A stretch of 64,000 nucleotides of DNA from Polyangiales bacterium (GTDB lineage Bacteria; Myxococcota_A; Polyangia; Polyangiales; Polyangiaceae): NCBI GenBank assembly GCA_038231275.1, contig JBBRLQ010000010.1, positions 160,001 to 224,000 on the forward strand. Reading direction: 5' to 3'. A program made the position numbers and the translations under genes. Positions within the stretch are counted from its first letter, which is position 1; every line of letters begins with the position of its first letter. The notes below the pieces were generated by a model, which did not search any database, was not told the DNA's origin, and saw nothing but the letters and a program-made list of their open reading frames with translations. Positions 19,860 through 31,900 of this stretch are shown in pieces.

Positions 19860-20491
19860 ACGCCGTCCGAATTCGCTCTCGTTTTGCTGGTCTCGCGCTC
19901 GTATGCGGCACCACGTTCGGCCTCGCTGGCTGCGCGCTCACGTCGAAGAGCGACTCGATCATCCTCCGCTACTTCAGCCCCGTCAGCACGAGCGCGCGAA
20001 CGAGCGCCGCGGAGTCCGCTGCCCCGCCCACGGCGCCCGAGATCGTGCTCAACCTCGGACGCATAAGCGCCGCGCGCCACCTCCGCGAGAAGATCGCCTA
20101 CCGCGACTCGGCGTACGAGGTCGGCTACTACGACGACCTGCGGTGGACCGACAAACCCGATGCGTACCTGCGACGGGCGCTGCGCGGCGCGTTCTTCGAG
20201 GAGCATCGCGCCCGGCAGCGCGTCTCGGGCTTCGGCCTCGCGCTCGACGTCGACCTCGACGCGTTCGAGGAGGTCAAGGCGCCGCGCCACGCCGCGCGCG
20301 TGGCCGTGACGTGGGCACTGCGTGACGAGCAAGTCGTCCTGGTCCAAGAGTCGTTCGCGATCGAGCGACCGTTCGCCAACGACGCCGAGGCCCCGTCGGC
20401 CCTGGTGGCGTCGCTCTCGGGCGCGCTCGACGAAGCGGTCGCGCGCATCGTCGCCCGCGTCCTCGAGCAAGCCCGTCACGCCGGACCGTGA
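19856..20491 (+). CDS. PqiC-like ABC transport auxiliary lipoprotein
   Basis: Lipobox LAGC; YYDDLRWTDKP; last gene of the MCE operon. Confidence 0.8.
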   Translation: MNAVRIRSRFAGLALVCGTTFGLAGCALTSKSDSIILRYFSPVSTSARTSAAESAAPPTAPEIVLNLGRISAARHLREKIAYRDSAYEVGYYDDLRWTDKPDAYLRRALRGAFFEEHRARQRVSGFGLALDVDLDAFEEVKAPRHAARVAVTWALRDEQVVLVQESFAIERPFANDAEAPSALVASLSGALDEAVARIVARVLEQARHAGP

Positions 20492-20498
20492 CCCCGCG

Positions 20499-21917
20499 TC
20501 ACTGGAATCCGTCGCGACCCGGGTTGGTCGCCGTCGGGACCGTCGGCTCCTCGGGCGCCTTGCCCTCGTATTTTTCGAGCCGCCGGTAGAGCGTGCGGCG
20601 GTCGAGGCCGAGCATCTCGGCGGTGCGGGCCTTGTTGCCGCCGAGGAGCGTCAACACGCGCGTGATGTAGCGTCGATCGATCTCGTCGAGTGACACGATT
20701 TGCTGCTCGTCGTCGGCCGCGAGGGCGAAGCGCTCGGGACGGTACGCGTTGATTTTTTCGGGGAGATCCTCGACGACGACCTGGTCCCCACGCGCGAGCG
20801 CGACGGACCGTTCGATCGCGTTCTCGAGCTCGCGTACGTTGCCGGGCCAATTGTACGTGAGCAGCCGCTCGGCGGCTTCCGGCGAGAGGGTGAGGGCCTT
20901 CTTCGCGCCGCGCGCCGCGAAACGCGTGAGGAAGTGCGCGGCGAGCCGGAGCACGTCGCTGTTGCGCTCGCGCAGCGACGGCACTTGAATCTTGACGACG
21001 TTGATCCGGTAGTAGAGATCCTCGCGAAAGCGCCCCTTGTGCACCTCGTCCTCGAGATCGCGATGCGTCGCCGTAACGATGCGTGTGGAGAACGGGACCT
21101 CGGCGTTGCCACCCACGGGACGGACCGTGCGCTCCTGGAGCGCGCGCAAGACCTTGGCCTGCATCTCGACGGGCATCTCGCCGATCTCGTCCAGGAAGAG
21201 CGTGCCGCCGGAGGCCTCGAGGAAGAGGCCCTGGCGCTGCGACTTCGCGTCCGTGAAGGCTCCCCGCGCGTGTCCGAAGAGCTCGCTCTCGAGGAGGTTG
21301 GCGGGCACCGCCGCGCAGTTGATGGCGACGAACGGCCCGTCCCTTTGCGCGCTCGCGGCGTGCACGGCCCGCGCGACGAGCTCCTTGCCGGTGCCGGTCT
21401 CGCCCTGGATGAGGACCGACGCGTCGCTCGGACCGACGCGGCCGATGAGCTCCGTCACCCGCGTCATCACCGCGCTCTCGCCGACGAGGGCCCCCTCGGG
21501 CAGCGCGGTCACGACCTCTTGCCGAAGCCGCTTCACTTCCGAATTGAGCCGATGGTGCTGCGTCGCGCGCGCCACGCTGAGGCCGAGCACCTTGCCGTCG
21601 ACGGGCTTCGTGAGAAAGTCGTACGCGCCGGCGCGCATCGCGGCGATAGCGGAGTCCATGCTGCCGTTCCCCGTCACGACCACGATGGGCACGTCGGGCG
21701 CGGTGCCGAGGATTCTCACGCAGAGCTCGATACCGTCCATCTCGGTCATCCCGAGATCGGTGACGATGACGTCGAAGGGCTCCTTCTTCAGCTTCTCGAG
21801 CGCGTCGTGGGGCGACGTCGTCGTCGTCACGTCGCAGCCCAGTCGCGTGAGGGACGCCTCGAGCAGGTCGCACTGCGCTTGATCGTCGTCCACGACGAGC
21901 ACGCGATTGTCATTCAT
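20499..21917 (-). CDS. Sigma-54-dependent response regulator (REC-AAA+-HTH Fis; NtrC/AtoC-like), copy 1
   Basis: GETGTGKE; ESELFGHARGAFTDA; LFLDEIGE; FREDLYYR; WPGNVREL; LGLDRRTLYRRL. Confidence 0.95.
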   Translation of the reverse strand: MNDNRVLVVDDDQAQCDLLEASLTRLGCDVTTTTSPHDALEKLKKEPFDVIVTDLGMTEMDGIELCVRILGTAPDVPIVVVTGNGSMDSAIAAMRAGAYDFLTKPVDGKVLGLSVARATQHHRLNSEVKRLRQEVVTALPEGALVGESAVMTRVTELIGRVGPSDASVLIQGETGTGKELVARAVHAASAQRDGPFVAINCAAVPANLLESELFGHARGAFTDAKSQRQGLFLEASGGTLFLDEIGEMPVEMQAKVLRALQERTVRPVGGNAEVPFSTRIVTATHRDLEDEVHKGRFREDLYYRINVVKIQVPSLRERNSDVLRLAAHFLTRFAARGAKKALTLSPEAAERLLTYNWPGNVRELENAIERSVALARGDQVVVEDLPEKINAYRPERFALAADDEQQIVSLDEIDRRYITRVLTLLGGNKARTAEMLGLDRRTLYRRLEKYEGKAPEEPTVPTATNPGRDGFQ

Positions 21918-22023
21918 CTGACCCCATCCTTCCCGACGCTGCGGTTGGCTCGAGGTCGCCAAGGCCGCCCCAAGTGAGGCGGTCCTGCAGTTCCGTTCCC
22001 CAATGTGTGGTTCATTTCTCGCT

Positions 22024-22173
22024 TCAGCGATCCTCGATACCCCAGCGGATCAGTTGCCGCTGCGGTTGGGCGACGACGAGGCTTTCCCCGCGTCGATCGG
22101 CGTTTCCGCGGACGGGAAGCCCGAAGAAACGGGCGATCGTCGCGAGGGCGCGGCGAATTCGGAGAACGACCAT
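22024..22173 (-). CDS. Putative 49-aa small protein (not in the ORF track)
   Basis: MVVLRIRRALATIARFFGLPVRGNADRRGESLVVAQPQRQLIRWGIEDR*; ATG 13 nt past the -12 C of a sigma-54 box. Confidence 0.35.
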   Translation of the reverse strand: MVVLRIRRALATIARFFGLPVRGNADRRGESLVVAQPQRQLIRWGIEDR

Positions 22174-22185
22174 GCGCAGCTTCGT

Positions 22186-22200
22186 GCACCTCGCGTGCCC
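22186..22200 (-). promoter_or_regulatory. Putative sigma-54 promoter
   Basis: Minus strand GGGCACGCGAGGTGC. Confidence 0.55.
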
Positions 22201-22210
22201 AGCGGGCGGC

Positions 22211-22609
22211 TCAGGCGCGAGGACGCTTCAGCAGCCTGCAGATCGTCGCGATCAGGTGCTCGACCTCGATGGGCTTCGTCAGGTGCGCTGCAAATCCCCC
22301 GCTCCCGCGCTTGCTCTCTGGCGCGCGTTCGTAACCGCTGAGCGCGATGACAGGGACGCTTCCGCCTCCCGTCGTCTCGACGGCGCGAATCTCTTCGAGC
22401 AACGCGTACCCGTCCTGGACGGGAAGTCCGATGTCCGAGACGACCAGATCCGGCGCCTCCGCCGTAAACGCTGTGAGCGCCTCGTTGGCCGTCCTTGCCT
22501 GCAAGACAACGGCGCCGTGCTCTTCGAGAACGAATGCGACCATCTCACGCCCGTCGTCGTCATCGTCGACGAGCAGAACGCGAACGCCGGCGAGGTCACG
22601 ATCACGCAT
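22211..22609 (-). CDS. Single-domain response regulator (REC)
   Basis: VRVLLVDDDDD; PDLVVSDIGLPVQDGY; IALSGY; HLTKP. Confidence 0.88.
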   Translation of the reverse strand: MRDRDLAGVRVLLVDDDDDGREMVAFVLEEHGAVVLQARTANEALTAFTAEAPDLVVSDIGLPVQDGYALLEEIRAVETTGGGSVPVIALSGYERAPESKRGSGGFAAHLTKPIEVEHLIATICRLLKRPRA

Positions 22610-22627
22610 GTCCTCTACATAGCCTAC

Positions 22628-22837
22628 CTATCGCCGGCCGAGGCGTGGCGGATGAGGCGCCGGCTCCGGCGCGTGCGTCGGGTTCGGCGGCGCGTGCAGC
22701 GGTTCGTTCGGTAGGGGCGTCGGGGGAGACGGATCCGGAGGTGGCGGCGGCACCGACGGAGGCCTCGGAGGAGCCGTCGGCGGCGGCGCAGGATTTACGT
22801 TGGGCGACGGGGGATAGGGCGTGAGGGGGTTCGCCAT
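22628..22837 (-). CDS. Putative 69-aa proline-rich protein
   Basis: MANPLTPYPPSPNVNPAPPP...; ATG 14 nt past the -12 C of a sigma-54 box. Confidence 0.5.
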   Translation of the reverse strand: MANPLTPYPPSPNVNPAPPPTAPPRPPSVPPPPPDPSPPTPLPNEPLHAPPNPTHAPEPAPHPPRLGRR

Positions 22838-22850
22838 GAACTGCACTGGA

Positions 22851-22865
22851 GCATGCAGCGTGCCG
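22851..22865 (-). promoter_or_regulatory. Putative sigma-54 promoter
   Basis: Minus strand CGGCACGCTGCATGC. Confidence 0.55.
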
Positions 22866-23135
22866 GCGTCACCGCAGCCGCCTCGGCCGCGGGCACATCG
22901 GTTGCTTGGCAGGGGAGAGATGATGCGTATCCGGCGACGACTCCAAGCGCTGGTGCTCTCTTGGTTCGGTGTGCCTTCACGCGGAAGGGATGGCTCGATT
23001 CGCGTCCGCCGCAAGCGTCGCTTCCTCTACTGGGCGCGGTGATGCTGCAGCCTCTGAGAGTGCGCGTGTGGCGTGGCGCATTTGCTCGGGCGACGGATCG
23101 GCACGCACGACCGCCTCGACGGGTTCACGATGCGT

Positions 23136-23438
23136 TCACGACGCGAGCATGTCGCGCGGCAGACGCTCAACCGTCCACTGCGCCGCGGCTGCGGCTCGTT
23201 CGCGCGCACGTCGTCGAGTCACCACGAGGATGTCCGCGACGTGGGAGGCGCCGAGCGTCGCGAGCCTGTCTTTGATCCGACGCCCGAAGTCGGTTTCCCT
23301 CTCACCGGGCGTCTGCGCGATCACGACAGTCTCCTGCTTCGACGGCTTCACCAGCCAAAACCACGGGGAGCCGCTCTCGGCAATCACCACCCGCGTTCCA
23401 TTCCTGCGATCCATGAGCGCGTCTTCAGCAAGCGACAT
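23136..23438 (-). CDS. Hypothetical protein
   Basis: Protein-like composition (RVVIAESGSPW...VVIAQTPGE) in an otherwise unassigned gap; start uncertain. Confidence 0.45.
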   Translation of the reverse strand: MSLAEDALMDRRNGTRVVIAESGSPWFWLVKPSKQETVVIAQTPGERETDFGRRIKDRLATLGASHVADILVVTRRRARERAAAAAQWTVERLPRDMLAS

Positions 23439-23457
23439 GCCGCAGCGGCTCGATGCG

Positions 23458-23472
23458 TGGCACGCGGAGTGC
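23458..23472 (+). promoter_or_regulatory. Putative sigma-54 promoter
   Basis: TGGCACGCGGAGTGC. Confidence 0.65.
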
Positions 23473-23486
23473 TGATTGGCTTCGTC

Positions 23487-23645
23487 ATGGACCCCACCCG
23501 CAAGACCGAGCAAGAGACGTGGCTGGCCAAGATCGAGCGCGCGGTTCAGAGCTTCCGCGTCGCGAGTGAGCAGGCCGTCGGGCGCGCGCAAAGCGAGATG
23601 CCGTCACCCGGACAGAGCCAACCCTCGAATCGAGGCGGGCAATGA
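23487..23645 (+). CDS. Putative 52-aa small protein
   Basis: MDPTRKTEQETWLAKIERAVQSFRVASEQAV...; ATG 15 nt past the -12 C. Confidence 0.45.
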   Translation: MDPTRKTEQETWLAKIERAVQSFRVASEQAVGRAQSEMPSPGQSQPSNRGGQ

Positions 23646-23722
23646 GCTGCACAATCGCCACAACGTGGCAATTATGTAACTCCGCCGCTGTGTAGTTACG
23701 GAAGGTTGCGCCCGGAATGCGT

Positions 23723-23737
23723 AGGCACTGCAGTTGC
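23723..23737 (+). promoter_or_regulatory. Putative sigma-54 promoter of bEBP copy 2 operon
   Basis: AGGCACTGCAGTTGC. Confidence 0.6.
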
Positions 23738-23789
23738 TTATTCGCTGGGCGGCGCCATAAAAGCGCCACATTCTCTCGAAGGACGACCC

Positions 23790-25204
<1,415 letters not shown>

Positions 25205-25208
<4 letters not shown>

Positions 25209-25963
25209 CGAGCCGCGACGCGGAGTCCGGCGAAGATCACCCCCCCGACGAAGCGGACTACCTTCGCACCGAGTTCCTCGAGCGGATCGCGCACGAGCTG
25301 CGCGGGCCCGCCGGTGTCACGCTGGGGACGCTCGACGAGATGGAGCTCGCGCTGGGCCCCGACGCCGACAAAATCAAGCAGCTGATGGCGATGGCGAGGC
25401 GAGGTGCGCGTCGCGTGCTGCGGACTGCCGAGCGACTGAGCCGCACCGCGCAGCTCGTGGGAGAGCACGTCGAGTGGTCACGCGCGCCGTCGGATCTCAA
25501 GACCGTGCTGCAGCGGGCGGTGCGCGAGGCGGAGCTGACCGAGGCGCGGAGGGGCATCAGCGTCGTCCTCTCGGTTCCCTCGCAGCCCTGCACGGTCGCG
25601 GTGGACGCCCCGTGGCTAGCGGTCGCCGTCATCGAGCTCGTCGTCAACGCGATCGCGCACGCGCGAAAGGTCGTCTCCGTCACCGTCAATCTCGAACCCG
25701 GCGCCGCGGTCATCGCCGTGACCGACGACGGCGTCGGATTCGCGGGTCCCGTGCAAGACCGCTTCGCACCGCCGCGCGATCGACGAGGTCTCGGTCTTTC
25801 GCTCTCGATCGTCAAGGACGTCGCGGTCGCGCACGGAGGGACCCTGTCGGTCGATCCACGCAAGGCCGAAGAGACAACCGAGGCGCGAGGTGCGACCGTT
25901 CGGCTCACTCTCCCCTACGCGGGCGCCACGAGCGCGACGGTGGAGCCGGGACCCCACCTATGA
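25205..25963 (+). CDS. Sensor-less histidine kinase (HisKA-HATPase)
   Basis: IAHELRGP; ELVVNAIAH; VTDDGVGF; GLGLSLSIV; ATGA overlap with the bEBP. Confidence 0.85.
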
Positions 25964-26361
25964 ACGACGACGCGCTCCTCCCGTGGCTGGTCGTCGTCGC
26001 CGACGACGACGAGGACACGCGTCTCCTCATGGCATCGTCCTTCCGTCGCGCCGGGTTCGACGTCGCCGAAGCCTCCAACGGCGTGGAGCTGCTCGACTCG
26101 TTCGCGCAAGAGCCAACGCGACGCGTGATGGTCGTCTCGGACATCGGGATGCCGCAAATGGACGGGATCGCCGCCACGAGCGAGGTGCGGAGGAGGGGCA
26201 GGACGACCCCCGTCCTCCTCGTGACGGCCTTCGGCGACGAGCGCACCCTTCGAAGCGCGCGCGACGCCGGGGCCGACAAGGTGCTCCTGAAGCCGCTCGA
26301 CCTCCCCCTCCTCGTTCGAACTGCCATGGAGCTGATGAACGCGCCGCCGCGCGTTGCCTGA
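25960..26361 (+). CDS. Single-domain response regulator
   Basis: VVVADDDED; VVSDIGMPQMDG; LVTAFG; LLKP. Confidence 0.88.
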   Translation: MNDDALLPWLVVVADDDEDTRLLMASSFRRAGFDVAEASNGVELLDSFAQEPTRRVMVVSDIGMPQMDGIAATSEVRRRGRTTPVLLVTAFGDERTLRSARDAGADKVLLKPLDLPLLVRTAMELMNAPPRVA

Positions 26362-26365
26362 CGCG

Positions 26366-26530
26366 TCACACCGACGCGCGTCTGCCGAACAAGAACGACA
26401 GCCCGGCGAGGACGACGAAGACGACGAAGAGGACCTTCGCGATCCCAGCGGAGTCGGCGGCGATCCCACCGAAGCCCATGACGGCGGCGACGAGCGCGAT
26501 GCAGAAAAAGACGGCGGCCCAGTACAGCAT
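26366..26530 (-). CDS. DUF1328 (YtjA/UPF0391) small membrane protein
   Basis: [43 protein letters not shown]. Confidence 0.9.
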   Translation of the reverse strand: MLYWAAVFFCIALVAAVMGFGGIAADSAGIAKVLFVVFVVLAGLSFLFGRRASV

Positions 26531-26541
26531 GACGATTCTCC

Positions 26542-27570
26542 TTATCGTTGGTTCAGGGTTGTTCGAGATGACGACGGGAAGACTGCCGTTCGGCCGGTGT
26601 GCCGGGCGTTCAGCTCGGAGGCGACGAGGACGAGCACCGCGGCCGTCGCGAACGCCGCGGCGAGGACGCTCCACGAGCTCACGCGGTGGTCCGCGTGTTT
26701 GTCCTTCGGCGCGGGGGACGCGCTCTTCTTCGGCTTCGGCGCCGGCTTCAGCGCAGCTTCGAAGGCGTCCGCCATCTCGGCGACGTCGGCGAACCGATCC
26801 TCGAGCTTACGTGCGAACGCTCGCGCGAACCACCCGTCGAGTGCGCGGGGCAGCTCCGGGCTCGCCAAGCATGGCCGCACGAAGACGCCGCTCGTGACCG
26901 CGACGCAGACCGCGGGATACGACGGACCGTCGAACGGCAAGCAGCCGAGCAGGCACTCGTAGGCCACCACCGCAGCGGCCCACATGTCCTCGTGCACGCT
27001 CCCGACGCCGCCCTCGACGAGCTGCTCGGGGCTCATGTACGGCCCGGTGCCAACCGTCACCGCGTCGGACTCGCCCCTGGGCTCCTCGCGGGATGACGCG
27101 ACGCCGAAGTCCACGAGCGTGACGCGCGGTTCGTCTTCCGAGCCCGAGAGCATCACGTTGGCGGGTTTGACGTCGCGGTGAACGACACCCTCTGCGTGAA
27201 CCTCGCCGAGCGCCGCGAGGAGCTCACGGATTACGCGGAGCGCGACCGTGTACGCCGGCTTTCCGCCGCTCGCCTCGAAACGATCGGACAGGCTGACGCC
27301 GTCGACGTTCTGCATCACCGCGTACGGCTGCCCGTAATGGTTGCCCGCGCAGACGAGGCGCGCCGCGCGCGAAGTCCGCAGCGCGCCGAGGATCCGCAAT
27401 TCGCGCTCGAAGCGCGCGACCGCCCGCGGATCGCCGAGGAGCTTCGGCAGCATCATCTTGATGGCGACGAGCGCGCCCTCGTGACGGCCGAGCCAAACCG
27501 TTCCCATGCCGCCGCGCCCGAGCAGCCTGAGTAGTTGAATTTTCTCTCCGACGCGGGCGACCGGTTGCAT
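26542..27570 (-). CDS. Hanks-type Ser/Thr protein kinase with C-terminal TM
   Basis: [30 protein letters not shown]; start 27570 or 27576. Confidence 0.9.
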   Translation of the reverse strand: MQPVARVGEKIQLLRLLGRGGMGTVWLGRHEGALVAIKMMLPKLLGDPRAVARFERELRILGALRTSRAARLVCAGNHYGQPYAVMQNVDGVSLSDRFEASGGKPAYTVALRVIRELLAALGEVHAEGVVHRDVKPANVMLSGSEDEPRVTLVDFGVASSREEPRGESDAVTVGTGPYMSPEQLVEGGVGSVHEDMWAAAVVAYECLLGCLPFDGPSYPAVCVAVTSGVFVRPCLASPELPRALDGWFARAFARKLEDRFADVAEMADAFEAALKPAPKPKKSASPAPKDKHADHRVSSWSVLAAAFATAAVLVLVASELNARHTGRTAVFPSSSRTTLNQR

Positions 27571-27584
27571 CTGCATCGGAGTTA

Positions 27585-27599
27585 GCAGTCCGCGTGCCA
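27585..27599 (-). promoter_or_regulatory. Putative sigma-54 promoter
   Basis: Minus strand TGGCACGCGGACTGC. Confidence 0.65.
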
Positions 27600-27778
27600 C
27601 TCCCGCCGATCCCGACGATTTGGCTTCATTTAGCTATGATCGCGCGCGTCGACGCCTCCCGCATCCACGCCCCACTGGGGCGGCCGAGCAAGCACGTTTC
27701 TCCAACCGAGCGTGGACGAGCTCCGAGCGCGCGAAGCGTTTGGTGCGCTCGAACCAACGCGCGCGCGCGAGCTCGGCG

Positions 27779-27793
27779 TGGCGCGCATCCTGC
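27779..27793 (+). promoter_or_regulatory. Putative sigma-54 promoter
   Basis: TGGCGCGCATCCTGC. Confidence 0.6.
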
Positions 27794-27825
27794 AAAGTAG
27801 GGCTTACAGAAGAAGGAGAGACATC

Positions 27826-28317
27826 ATGCGTTCGATTGCCAATACTGCCGACGATGCGATGGATCAGGTCAAGAGCACGGCCGTTAGCGCCAAGGGGAAC
27901 CTGATGGACTTCGGGACGCAGGCCCTCAAGTTCATCAACACGCTCCGCGTCATGGAAATGCGCAGCGCGGACACGGTGCTCGACCGCATGGGGCTGCAGC
28001 GTCGTGAGAGCGCGCTGCGTCCGTTCATGTGGTTCGCGGCCGGCGGGCTCGCGGTGGGCGCCGTCGCGCTGGTCCTCGCGCCCGAATCCGGGAAGAATCT
28101 GCGGGCGCGCCTCGCGCGGATGCTCGACAAGGGAGTGGAGAAGGCCAAGGACGCCGAGTCGAAGGTGGAGGACGCGATCTCCGACGCCAAGAAGACCGTC
28201 GTCGCGGCCACCCACACAGTCGCCGCGGCCACCCACACAACGGAGGCGCGCGTTCAGCAGGGGGTCGACGATCTCCGCCGGAACAACATCCCCAAGAACG
28301 ATCACGTCATTCGCTGA
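27826..28317 (+). CDS. YtxH-like protein
   Basis: FAAGGLAVGAVALVLAPESGKNLRARL; SD AAGGAG. Confidence 0.75.
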   Translation: MRSIANTADDAMDQVKSTAVSAKGNLMDFGTQALKFINTLRVMEMRSADTVLDRMGLQRRESALRPFMWFAAGGLAVGAVALVLAPESGKNLRARLARMLDKGVEKAKDAESKVEDAISDAKKTVVAATHTVAAATHTTEARVQQGVDDLRRNNIPKNDHVIR

Positions 28318-28395
28318 GTCGATCCGCCGGCCGGATCGAAGTCGGGGCGCCACCGCGTGTATCGCGGCGGCGCCCCGAGCTCATTTCGTAGCTGG

Positions 28396-28422
28396 AAGCG
28401 CGCGCGAGAGGCCGCGCTTTTT
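28396..28422 (+). terminator. Possible intrinsic terminator between convergent genes
   Basis: AAGCGCG...CGCGCTT stem followed by a T run. Confidence 0.35.
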
Positions 28423-28424
28423 CA

Positions 28425-28904
28425 TCAGGCCTTGTCGACCATCGTCTTCAGATCGGTCCATTGTTGCGCGACGCGCGCCTTCGCGTCGTCCCAGCCCGTT
28501 GCAGTCACGGTGTCGAGCCCACGGAAGCTGGTCACGAAGGCCTCGCGCTGGGCGTGGACCTGCTTCAGGCTTGCTTCGAGGTCCGTCTTGGCTTTGCCCG
28601 TTTGGGTCTTCGCCTTCGCGTCCAGCCCCTCGATCTTCTTGTCGAGGTCGACGAGATCGGTCGTCACCTTGTGACGAAAGTCCTCGCGCAGCGTGCTGAA
28701 CTTCGCCTGCGCCTCCGCCACCTTCTTGTCGGCCTCCGCCTGCGCGGTGTTCGCCTTGTCGTCGGCCTCGTGCCGGGCGCTCGCGATTTTTTTGTCGGCC
28801 TCGGTCTGGGCGTTGTTCGCCTTCTGCTGCTCGTCGGCCGCCTTATCGCAGCCCATCGCCATGACCATCGAGACGAACGCACCCATGAGAATCGAAGAAC
28901 GCAT
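28425..28904 (-). CDS. Coiled-coil lipoprotein
   Basis: Lipobox AMGC; repeated KANxAQxEADKK; SD AAGGAGG. Confidence 0.8.
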   Translation of the reverse strand: MRSSILMGAFVSMVMAMGCDKAADEQQKANNAQTEADKKIASARHEADDKANTAQAEADKKVAEAQAKFSTLREDFRHKVTTDLVDLDKKIEGLDAKAKTQTGKAKTDLEASLKQVHAQREAFVTSFRGLDTVTATGWDDAKARVAQQWTDLKTMVDKA

Positions 28905-28945
28905 GTGGAACCTCCTTGACCCGTCAGCGAGTCAGCTCGGGCTTA

Positions 28946-28960
28946 GCAAGGGCCGTACCG
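28946..28960 (-). promoter_or_regulatory. Putative sigma-54 promoter
   Basis: Minus strand CGGTACGGCCCTTGC. Confidence 0.6.
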
Positions 28961-28976
28961 CACCAAGGCGGAGCTC

Positions 28977-31900
28977 TCAGTAGCGGTAGCGCCACACGAC
29001 GTCGGCCATCGAGCTGCCCTGGTCTCCGAACGTCGTCGCGAGCGACCAGTTTCGCAGGAAGCGCCAGTCGATCGTGGCGAACGTGCGGTCGGGGTTGGTG
29101 CCGGGCGGCGGCGTGCCGAGGACGACGGCGATCTGCAGCGAGATGTCCTTCGCGATGCGCAGCTCCACTTCGGGGCGCGGGTTCGCGGAGTCGGTCGTGT
29201 CGACCTTCGTCTCCACGTCGAGGCCGGTGAGGCTGTCGATGCCTTTGCTGAGGCCTCCGCTCGCCAGGCCGCCTGCAGCCGTTCCCGCGCGCGTCGCGCC
29301 GTCGGCGGTGGGCTGCGCGTAAGGAGTCGACGACGAGCCGTCCGCCGTGCCGAAGAGGATGAGCGCGAGGATCTCGTTCTGCGGACGCCCCGGCTCGGAG
29401 CGCAGCGTGACCTTGCCGGTCTTGAGCGGCCCCGAGAAATCCGCGAGCACGCGCGTTCCGTCGGACGCGGTCCAGCCGGCGGTCACGACGACCTCGGGGT
29501 TCGAGGGATCGTCGCCGACGAACGAGACCGTGCCCCTCTCAATTTCGAAGTGCTTGTTCTGGACCTCGAGCGTGCCGCTCTTGAGGCGGATTTGCCCGGA
29601 CATGCGCGTCTTGTCGCTCACGTGGATCTCCGGCGTACCTTCGAGCGCGACACGGAGCGTGCGCCCGCGCTCGATCGCGACGTCTTGGCCAAGGTGAAAC
29701 GCGACGTTCACGCGGGTCGGCGCGCCGGGCGTCGCCTCGGGCTCGCGGAGATCTTCCCCGTCGATCGGCAAGGTGACGAACTGGCCGGGCGCGCGGAACG
29801 TCCCAATTCGCACTTTCTTGGGCTCGTCGAGTGGCTGCACGGCGTGAGGCGACGCGTCGGGGAGACGGACGTGCAGGGTCGGGACTTCGACGTCGATGTT
29901 GGTGATCGACCCATCCGCGGACGACACGGCGACGACTTGCATGTCGCCGTACATGTCTCCCATCTGCACGCCCTGAACTCCGACGGGAATGGGTTTTCCC
30001 TTCGGCACGCGGATCGCGGCGCGCGCCTCGGCGACGCGGAGGCCGTTCAAGCGCGCGACTCCGGCAGCCATGACCATGCCGGAGGTTCCGAACGCCTGGA
30101 CGCCTTCGAGGCGTAAGACGCCGCCCTCGGACAACGTCAGCTTGCCCTGCACGCCGTGGAGCTCCTGGCCCAACGACGTGATCTGGACGGTCGCGTCGTG
30201 GACGGAGACGGTGCCGCTCGCGTGCGCGGCCTCGCCGCCGGCCGGCACCGAGTAGCGCGCGTCGGCGTCGAGCTTTCCCGAGAGATCCGCCACCGCCGGC
30301 TCCACGAACGGAGTCAGCGCCGCGAGCGGAAACGACTGCGCGCGCAACGTCAGGAGCGCAGGCTTCGTGCCGTCGACCTTGGGCACGAGGAGCGCTCCCC
30401 ACGTGACGCCGACGTCCGCGCGCGCGTCGACGAACGAGCCGGGCTGGTCGAGTCGCGCGGCGCCGTGCAGCGCGCCGCCCGCCACCGTCGCGTCGACCTT
30501 CGCGGTCGCGAACCTCGCGGTCCCGATCTCGAGGCCGTCGACGCTCAGGCTCGCCTTCGCGCTCGCGTCGCCATGGAGGTGCGCCACTTCCAGCTGTCCG
30601 CTGATGCGCCCGCGGACCTGGCGATCGGAGAGCGCGGCGACGGCGACGAGAGGGAACCTGTCGAGCTTTGCGTTCGCCGACGCCACCCACGGAGGATCCT
30701 TCTTCGCGTCCGCGCCGACGAAGTCCGTGAGGAGGGCCTCGAGGTGGGCGGTCGCGGCGAGGACCTTGCCCTTCGGCGTACGCGCCTCGAGGGTTGCGTC
30801 GGCGAGGCCCGCCGCATAGCGCGCGACGAGATCCACGTCGAGCTTGTTCGTGATCGGCGCTTGCGGCGACTTCGCGCCGAACATGTGCGCGCTGACGTCG
30901 ACGACCGGCACGAGGACGGTGCCCTGCATCCCGATCGAGGCGGTGACGTCTCCGGCGGCTTTGTCGCCGACGAAGGGGATCGCGCTGAACGGCCGGCGCG
31001 GCAGGAACGCGCGCGCAGAGAAGGGGACGGCGAGCAGCGCGTCGACTGTGTCCGGCGCCGCGGCGATCTCACGGTACGGAAGCGCCGTAGCGCGGGCGTC
31101 GAGGGAGACGAGGATCCCGCGCCGATCGACGACGCGGCCGTCGAGCCCGACGTCGCCGCTCGGTCCGTCGAGGCTCGCGTCGACTTGGAGATCGAAGCCC
31201 TCTAGCCGGCGGCCCTCATTCGAGAGCACGACGGTGCCGTTGGCCGCGCGCGCCGGCGTCACGGTGGCCAGCGTGAGCCCCGACGTCTCGAGCGCTGCGT
31301 GGAAGCTCGGCGCCGAGTCGCTGCCCTTCGCGCGCCAGGCCGACGCGCGGACGCTCAAGTTTCCGCCGACGTCCCCGATGGGGCTGGGACCGGCGTGAGG
31401 CACGAGGAAAGCGAGCTTCGACAGCGCCACTTGCCCCTCGACCTCGACGTCTCCCCAGGCGCTCTTCCACGCATCCGCGCGGAGGGGGCCGTCGCCGGGG
31501 ATCTCGACCCGCGCGTTCTTCACCTCGACGCGCCCGAAGCCCGCCTCGGACGCGCGCGCGCGGACGGCCGCGGCGCGCCCAGCGAAGGTGGCGTCGAGGT
31601 GCGCGTTCGCGTCCTTCGACGCGAAGCCGTCGGCGTGGCGCAGATCCATGGTCAGCGTGCCGTGGACCGCGCGCTCGGTGGCCTTCAAATCGGCGTCCAC
31701 CGTCAGCGCTCCGCCACGAATGCGGTCGGCCATTCCCAAGAGACCGCCGACGAGCGCCAGATCGAGGCCCTTCGTGACGGCGCGCGCCTCCGCCGACGTC
31801 GGACCGCGGCGACCGGAGAGCGTGAGCGGCTCGCCGAGCCCCTTGAGGACGGCGCCGTCGACCTGGATCTCCCCGCCGGCCGCGCGCACCGCATCGACGT

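Noticed and set aside
21255..21280. GAFTDA instead of GAFTGA in both bEBPs
   Set aside because: A common natural variant of the sigma-54-contact loop; not evidence of inactivity.
21987..22001. Possible sigma-54 box GGGGAACGGAACTGC on the minus strand before bEBP copy 1
   Set aside because: Poor match in the -24 element; not counted.
28198..28240. Short tandem repeat GCGGCCACCCACACA x2
   Set aside because: In-frame duplication (AATHT) in the variable tail of the YtxH-like gene.
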